DNA of 64,000 nt from an uncultured virus (IMG/VR IMGVR_UViG_3300020048_000090) (lineage: Duplodnaviria; Heunggongvirae; Uroviricota; Caudoviricetes). Each line of letters begins with the position of its first letter. Within the stretch, counting starts at the first letter, position 1. The notes beneath the pieces were generated by a model. The model was given only the letters and a program-made list of their open reading frames with translations. It was not told the origin of the DNA and did no database searches. Where the stretch lies: the IMG/VR virus record IMGVR_UViG_3300020048_000090; one strand, written 5' to 3'. The translations under genes and the position numbers were made by a program. Below, in pieces: positions 58,916 through 64,000 of the stretch.

Positions 58916-59296
58916 CTAATAAGATATATCACCAAATCTATCCCAAGATTTAACACCTCTTGGTTTATGTTGTAAGTACACAACCTTCTTACATTTATAG
59001 TATTTATTGTTTATATCTTCTTGGGTAATCCATTCATTACATTCCCAAGAGTAGGTTTTATAGCATTTAGTTAATCTAGCTATTTCTTCTTCTGGTAATT
59101 GATAGTTTTGATCTTTATGATCTCTTTGAGATTCCCATGCACAAGTATCTAGATAGTGTTCTAGTGTCATCTTGTATAAGAATTGATGTATTGGTTTCTG
59201 GATATCCATCCAATCACCAACCATACCATTCCATAATAGAATATCTGGATTACCTTCTATACCTTGTAGTAATTGGATTAGTTTATTTTTCCTCAT
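58916..59296 (-). CDS. hypothetical phage protein
   Basis: 126 aa; GNPDILLWNGMVGDWMDI...DRFG. Confidence 0.55.
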   Translation of the reverse strand: MRKNKLIQLLQGIEGNPDILLWNGMVGDWMDIQKPIHQFLYKMTLEHYLDTCAWESQRDHKDQNYQLPEEEIARLTKCYKTYSWECNEWITQEDINNKYYKCKKVVYLQHKPRGVKSWDRFGDISY

Positions 59297-59672
59297 TGGC
59301 TAACTCATCTGGGATTTCTATTTCATTACCTAACTTACTACTAACGTAAGCTCTCATAGTAGCAGTTAGAAGAGTTGTACCAGTACCAAAGTGTGTTGCT
59401 CCATATAAGCCTTGCTTACTACAATAGTAGCCTGGATTCATCCAACTAATATCAATATGTTCCTCTTCAATGATAGGACCAGCAATAGACCAATCAGTAC
59501 TTGGCTCATATGTAAGTATGCCAAATTCATCATAATGACCTGCCCATAGCAATATAATATCTACTACTAGAGTACCAGAGGTAATATCGCTTATATTTAC
59601 TCTTACATCTCTAGCTTTAGCTACTGCCCAATCAAGAGCAATACCTGTTAGTTCATTAGTTTTAATTTTCAT
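59283..59672 (-). CDS. NinX/DUF2591-like protein
   Basis: ELTGIALDWAVAKA...PSTDWSIAGPIIE...AMRAYV.SKLG.EIEIP. Confidence 0.75.
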   Translation of the reverse strand: MKIKTNELTGIALDWAVAKARDVRVNISDITSGTLVVDIILLWAGHYDEFGILTYEPSTDWSIAGPIIEEEHIDISWMNPGYYCSKQGLYGATHFGTGTTLLTATMRAYVSSKLGNEIEIPDELANEEK

Positions 59673-60685
59673 ATCAGTGTCTCTTTTGCATGAGTTTTAA
59701 TCCATTGCTTAACAGCAGGTAATGCATATAACTCTTTATTACGTTTAATAGAGTTAATCCAAGTTACTATTTGAAAGTCTAATGGAAGTCTTTCAATAAA
59801 CTTAGTAAGAGCTTCAATATTCTTTTCATTCATATTAGCTGAGATTAATCCAGTAAATGCATACAGAATATCTGGAGTCTCTTTAATAGGAATTCCAGTT
59901 GGATTAGCTGTAATTGATTTAATAGTAGGAAGGGATTCATATATCTCTGTATAGCCTTTAAACTCTCTAGCAGCACCTTCACCTACAGTACCAGCAAGGA
60001 TGATTGTATCTGTCAATGATAGGTTTGGTTTATCTTTGATAATGTTGTTTACAAACTGCCAAGTTCTAGGACTGCTATAAGTATTATCAGTATGGTTTGG
60101 ATTAAAGTTGTGTAATAGCTCTGGTCTAAATTCAATGAAGCTAGTGATACGAGTATCCATACCAATGCTATTAGCCCACTCTAACCAATCTTTATTATTT
60201 ACTACTAGGTTGAAGTGAATCATCCTTGATTGCATAGCTGTACTCATACGATTAACAATTGCCTTATCTGTAGACTTGTTTCCTGCTGCTACGATAGCTA
60301 CCCTATCGTGTAGCTTATATTGCCCTACCATACGGTCTAGAATCAGCTTATAGCTGGCACTCTGGGTAGCTAGAGAAGCACTGGAGAGTTCATCTAAGAA
60401 TAGAAGTATTCCATCTTTACCTTTAGGTATTGGATCACCTTCAATTGGGAAGATAATAGGTGGTGTGAATACAGTTTTACCTTCATGGATTGTAGGAAAT
60501 CCATTTAGATCTACGCTATCCATCTGACTAAGACGTACATCAATAAGATGTAGATTTAGATTATTGGCTACCTGTCTTACAATATCGCTTTTTCCGCAGC
60601 CCGGAGATCCACTAATGTAAGGTACTAGACGAGCATACAATACATCCATAATTGCTTCAGGCAATTGTTTGGTAGTAATGTTCAT
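59669..60685 (-). CDS. MoxR-like AAA+ ATPase (N4 gp24-like)
   Basis: GSPGCGKS, DVRLSQ, LFLDE, AAGN, SPRTW; partner vWA gene downstream. Confidence 0.88.
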   Translation of the reverse strand: MNITTKQLPEAIMDVLYARLVPYISGSPGCGKSDIVRQVANNLNLHLIDVRLSQMDSVDLNGFPTIHEGKTVFTPPIIFPIEGDPIPKGKDGILLFLDELSSASLATQSASYKLILDRMVGQYKLHDRVAIVAAGNKSTDKAIVNRMSTAMQSRMIHFNLVVNNKDWLEWANSIGMDTRITSFIEFRPELLHNFNPNHTDNTYSSPRTWQFVNNIIKDKPNLSLTDTIILAGTVGEGAAREFKGYTEIYESLPTIKSITANPTGIPIKETPDILYAFTGLISANMNEKNIEALTKFIERLPLDFQIVTWINSIKRNKELYALPAVKQWIKTHAKETLI

Positions 60686-60694
60686 GGTTATTCC

Positions 60695-61045
60695 TTAGAT
60701 TGACCAAGTCTTTGAGTTAGCACTCTTTGTTTTGATATCTGGGACAGTATCTTCTAGATAACTGATTGAACTATCTAACATCTCTTTAGCTATAGAGTCT
60801 TTCCATCCAGGATGTTCACAACTCTGATAGCTTAACGATTTCATCAGTAGATAAGCATCTACATCAGATAGCTTAATAGCTTCTTTAGTGTTACATTCAG
60901 TAATAGGAGTATTCTCCTCATACCTGTAATTAACACTTAAGATATTTTCTTTCTTGAGAAGATCAGCTATTTGGTGTGTAACAATTTTACGAATAAATAC
61001 TGCTACGCTGGCAATATGTTTATCTGTTGCAATCCATGCACTCAT
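60695..61045 (-). CDS. hypothetical phage protein
   Basis: MSAW...EN..SVNYRY...YQSCEHPGW..S. Confidence 0.6.
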   Translation of the reverse strand: MSAWIATDKHIASVAVFIRKIVTHQIADLLKKENILSVNYRYEENTPITECNTKEAIKLSDVDAYLLMKSLSYQSCEHPGWKDSIAKEMLDSSISYLEDTVPDIKTKSANSKTWSI

Positions 61046-61123
61046 GATTGATCCAATGGGAATGCCTCTAGGAAGCCTTTATAAGGCCTTAGAAGCGATT
61101 GTTTTAGGGAATTGAGGTGAGAC

Positions 61124-61146
61124 TATCGAAAGAAAGCCGAAGGCTT
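61124..61146 (-). promoter_or_regulatory. candidate N4-type hairpin promoter (GAA triloop on template strand)
   Basis: + strand TATC-GAAAGA-AAGCC-GAA-GGCTT in a 108-bp intergenic gap. Confidence 0.55.
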
Positions 61147-61153
61147 ATAAGGA

Positions 61154-61609
61154 CTACTCTTCTACTTCAATTTCAGTCCAAGGAGCTATACCAACTATCT
61201 TAGAACTAAAGTCTTCAGCTACTGCTTCTTCATTTGGGTAGAAGACACATGTTGTAAAGTATCTACCAGCAGTATCTTTAAGTACCCATTGCCATAACAA
61301 TACTTTCTTTTTAGTCTTTGGTTTATCTCTGATTGCATAACGGTCTGGTGCTTCTGTAAATTGCCAATAATCTCCAGAATGCCAACAATCATCTCCATAA
61401 GGAACACCATTTTTATCTTTAGCTAGTCTAATCTCTTTATTTGGATCTTTAGCTGCTTCTTTTAGTTCTCGATATGGATCATGGATGCGATATGTATTTC
61501 CTGGATGCCAATTTGGTAATAATGTTTTAATAAATACTCCGGGAGCTTCTTCATATTCAATTTCAGCTCCTTTTGCCCATTCCATAATCAAATTATAATG
61601 TACATGCAT
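61154..61609 (-). CDS. hypothetical phage protein
   Basis: H.NLI.EWAKGAEIE...P.W....YRI. Confidence 0.55.
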   Translation of the reverse strand: MHVHYNLIMEWAKGAEIEYEEAPGVFIKTLLPNWHPGNTYRIHDPYRELKEAAKDPNKEIRLAKDKNGVPYGDDCWHSGDYWQFTEAPDRYAIRDKPKTKKKVLLWQWVLKDTAGRYFTTCVFYPNEEAVAEDFSSKIVGIAPWTEIEVEE

Positions 61610-61618
61610 TTTAATCTC

Positions 61619-61879
61619 CTAGTAGTCGTAATACTCTGCTTGTCTATGGACTAGAAATTCTTCTAGTAATCTAGACTTAACATTTTCATCTATATATTTC
61701 TCTAACCAAGCTGCAGGATAACCTCTCTTGTCTAATAACTGGAATTCAAACTCCTCATGTTCTGGTGCTATAGCATCTCCATAACCTGATCCAGTAACCT
61801 TCATAGGCATATCTGGAGAGTACATAGTAACTACACATTTACATGAAATACCATTAACCTTAGTATCGAATACCCTCAT
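61619..61879 (-). CDS. hypothetical phage protein
   Basis: V.GI.C...LLDKRGYPAAWLEK; AGGAG SD. Confidence 0.6.
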   Translation of the reverse strand: MRVFDTKVNGISCKCVVTMYSPDMPMKVTGSGYGDAIAPEHEEFEFQLLDKRGYPAAWLEKYIDENVKSRLLEEFLVHRQAEYYDY

Positions 61880-61889
61880 ATTGCACCTA

Positions 61890-62162
61890 TTAAAGTGTTT
61901 TCAGAAGTTTCTGTAGCTTTACATTTATCTGACGTTTCATTTCTGTATGTAGAGTAGCTTTAATATCTTCTATATTTGATAGTTCCTCTTCAATGATCTT
62001 ATCTAACATTGGTTTGAATCTAACAGTTAACTCTTTACGAATTACATTTTGAGTCTCCCAGTTGTTTACATACTCATTTATAACACTAATTGTTCTATTT
62101 TTAACTAATGTATTAAATGCTTCTTCAGGTATATCTATTTCAAGTTTCATAGTATCACTCAA
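61890..62162 (-). CDS. hypothetical helical protein
   Basis: 90-aa ORF. Confidence 0.5.
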   Translation of the reverse strand: MSDTMKLEIDIPEEAFNTLVKNRTISVINEYVNNWETQNVIRKELTVRFKPMLDKIIEEELSNIEDIKATLHTEMKRQINVKLQKLLKTL

Positions 62163-62352
62163 ACATATCTAAGATTTCTTGTGGATAACTACTACGTAAT
62201 GATGATCCAACGCTATTCAATATCTTTGAATCTGGTAGCTCAGCTAAAGCTTTACGTTCTAGGGCATCATATTCAGAATCTGAAATAATTGGATCATCTA
62301 GACAATAGTAGTTAAATCTATGGATTAATACTTCTTTTTCTAACCAGTGCAT
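62155..62352 (-). CDS. stand-alone NAD+-dependent DNA ligase domain Ia-like protein
   Basis: H...YY.LDDPIISDSEYDALE...P...VG is the LigA domain Ia signature; AAGGAG SD. Confidence 0.8.
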   Translation of the reverse strand: MHWLEKEVLIHRFNYYCLDDPIISDSEYDALERKALAELPDSKILNSVGSSLRSSYPQEILDMFE

Positions 62353-62457
62353 TGATAGCTCCTTAAGTTGTTAGGGTTGTCAGGAAAGAGTGATTCCATG
62401 CCTGACTCATGGTGAAGGAGAGAGCTAATTAAAGCTCCTGGCACATTGCTTTACAGA

Positions 62458-62838
62458 TCACTCACCCACATCAGCAATACCAGCATTGCCCGAACTCATT
62501 ACATTGTTAAATGATTTCTTTCTAAAGACATGTAAAGGTTTATTGTGATGTATGTAATCACTAACTGAGTTAATAAGTATTCTACGTAATACTGACTTAT
62601 CTAAGTTTAATAGATCACAATACCAACTAAATGTCATCTTCTCTTTACTATCAGACATTACCCAATATAAGTCTCCATATACAGGTAATCTTTCAGGTAT
62701 TGCTTTCTTATCTTTTCTAGCTTTCTTTATTGCTAGATGCCTTCTCATATAAACGATTAATTGTTTAGAAGCTTGATCTAATCCATCTAACAATACTGCA
62801 GCACATAAAGTAAGCAATCCCTGATGATCTTCAGACAT
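62458..62838 (-). CDS. hypothetical protein
   Basis: 126 aa; TFSWYCDLLNLD. Confidence 0.55.
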   Translation of the reverse strand: MSEDHQGLLTLCAAVLLDGLDQASKQLIVYMRRHLAIKKARKDKKAIPERLPVYGDLYWVMSDSKEKMTFSWYCDLLNLDKSVLRRILINSVSDYIHHNKPLHVFRKKSFNNVMSSGNAGIADVGE

Positions 62839-63119
62839 AAGCTTTCAGATGTATCTTGTTAATACGATAAGATCTACTCTGTTCTGTATATAGTTCCATG
62901 AGTATTACATAGGTATCTTTTGCTAACTCATCTAATCCAAGCTTCTTAGCTTGCATATAGATATTAGCTAATACAACAATTGAATCATTTAATTCTTTCA
63001 TTTCTACTATTCCTTATACTGACTGCTACTTTCCAAGGACTCCAACCATTACCTAGAAAGTAAGCTACTGTTTTTAATGCTGTTAAGTTTCTAATCATTT
63101 ATATCCGATTTTCTGTTAT

Positions 63120-63380
63120 TTACTTTTCCAAACGATACAAAGGAATTGAAGATTCAAAGTCACGATCATTATCTTGTTCCCATGAACTATCATCATCTGG
63201 CCATATTGTATGGAAATAATCCACTAATATAAGTTTAGGTTCTGGCTTATCTAGCTCTGTTTTGAGTGCTTTTATAGCTTTCCAGCACTTCTCATAGCTA
63301 AACTCACAATCACCCTCAAAATCACCTCTATGGACTGTTGTTAGGGCATCATAAGCTATTTGCATCACTTCTCTGCTCAT
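63120..63380 (-). CDS. hypothetical phage protein
   Basis: MSREVMQ.A.DAL...IPLY. Confidence 0.5.
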   Translation of the reverse strand: MSREVMQIAYDALTTVHRGDFEGDCEFSYEKCWKAIKALKTELDKPEPKLILVDYFHTIWPDDDSSWEQDNDRDFESSIPLYRLEK

Positions 63381-63781
63381 TCTATCACCTTAAATTTAAA
63401 TGTAGCTGGTTTGTCTATTTCATATAAACCAAATACTTTAGCAATACATACTTGCTTTTCTGTACCAGTAAGAAGAATGTCTTGACTAAATCTAATAGCT
63501 TCATCCATTGTAAAGGTTTCTAGAGTATCTGGTACATCAGTAATAACAACATAATTGTTACTATCTTTTTGTTTATTTGCTAGTTCTTCTTTTAAGTTTT
63601 GGATTGTTATATAGTCTTTATTTTCCCTAAGTACTAGTTTGTCATAGTTAACTTTAATTTGTTGAAGCTCACTATATACACTATTATTTTCATTAATTAG
63701 TGTTTTAGTAGTTTCTTCTAATGTATCAATATAACCAAGTACTTCTTGCATAGACATTTTATTAAGCACATCTTTATTCAT
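63377..63781 (-). CDS. hypothetical coiled-coil protein
   Basis: 134 aa with AAGGA SD. Confidence 0.5.
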   Translation of the reverse strand: MNKDVLNKMSMQEVLGYIDTLEETTKTLINENNSVYSELQQIKVNYDKLVLRENKDYITIQNLKEELANKQKDSNNYVVITDVPDTLETFTMDEAIRFSQDILLTGTEKQVCIAKVFGLYEIDKPATFKFKVIE

Positions 63782-63790
63782 TTTAGTTCC

Positions 63791-64000
63791 TTAAAGTTTA
63801 GATATTGCAGTTACAATAGCTAACCTTGTAGCTTCTGCAGCATCTGTTAGTAATGGTTCACAACACAATACATTATGTGAATCAGAGATATAGACATAAT
63901 CTTTAGTATACTGAATATTCAATTTATATTTAGTAACTAGATTCATACTATCTCTAGGATCAGTAGTAGGAAACCAAGGGATATCTAACCATAAATGAGT
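63791..64000 (-). CDS. NinX/ABA-sandwich-like protein, 5'-truncated by window edge
   Basis: Manual translation: ...WFPTTDPRDSMNLVTKYKLNI...ATRLAIVTAISKL*. Confidence 0.5.
   Translation of the reverse strand, partial: THLWLDIPWFPTTDPRDSMNLVTKYKLNIQYTKDYVYISDSHNVLCCEPLLTDAAEATRLAIVTAISKL

Noticed and set aside
62353..62457. Possible tRNA/ncRNA in the intergenic gap
   Set aside because: Only weak imperfect hairpins; no cloverleaf or T-loop GTTC motif.
1..64000. Stop-codon reassignment as explanation for split genes
   Set aside because: Coding density is high under code 11, and TAA, TAG and TGA all end normal genes. The splits involve frame changes or inserted ORFs.

Overview
A 64-kb stretch of an AT-rich lytic bacteriophage genome of the N4-like type (Schitoviridae-like). 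All assignments come from motif recognition and N4 gene order, not from database searches. The + strand (1-39.2 kb) carries the late/virion arm: gp67-like adaptor, modular tail-fibre/tailspike genes, a lysis cassette (M15 endolysin, i-spanin with embedded o-spanin, holin candidate, implying a Gram-negative host), portal, gp58/gp57-like, major capsid, gp55-gp51-like proteins and the virion RNA polymerase. The - strand (39.2-64 kb) carries middle/replication genes: RusA-like resolvase, SSB, Sak4-like ATPase, primase, exonuclease, family A DNA polymerase, MazG-like proteins, class II RNR, ThyX, the gp24/gp25-like AAA + metallopeptidase-vWA pair, and four free-standing homing endonucleases. Three core genes are fractured in three different ways. 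(1) The gp25-like gene is broken by an apparently naturally split intein with an out-of-frame LAGLIDADG gene between the halves. (2) The DNA polymerase is split into two genes with a small ORF between them. (3) The vRNAP is split into two genes whose only cysteines sit at the junction. The vRNAP also appears to carry inserted cargo domains (ADP-ribosyltransferase-like and permuted SLOG-like) and a natural Tyr-to-Phe change in motif B. There is one assembly gap (9247-9361). No tRNA, rRNA or CRISPR array was recognised.
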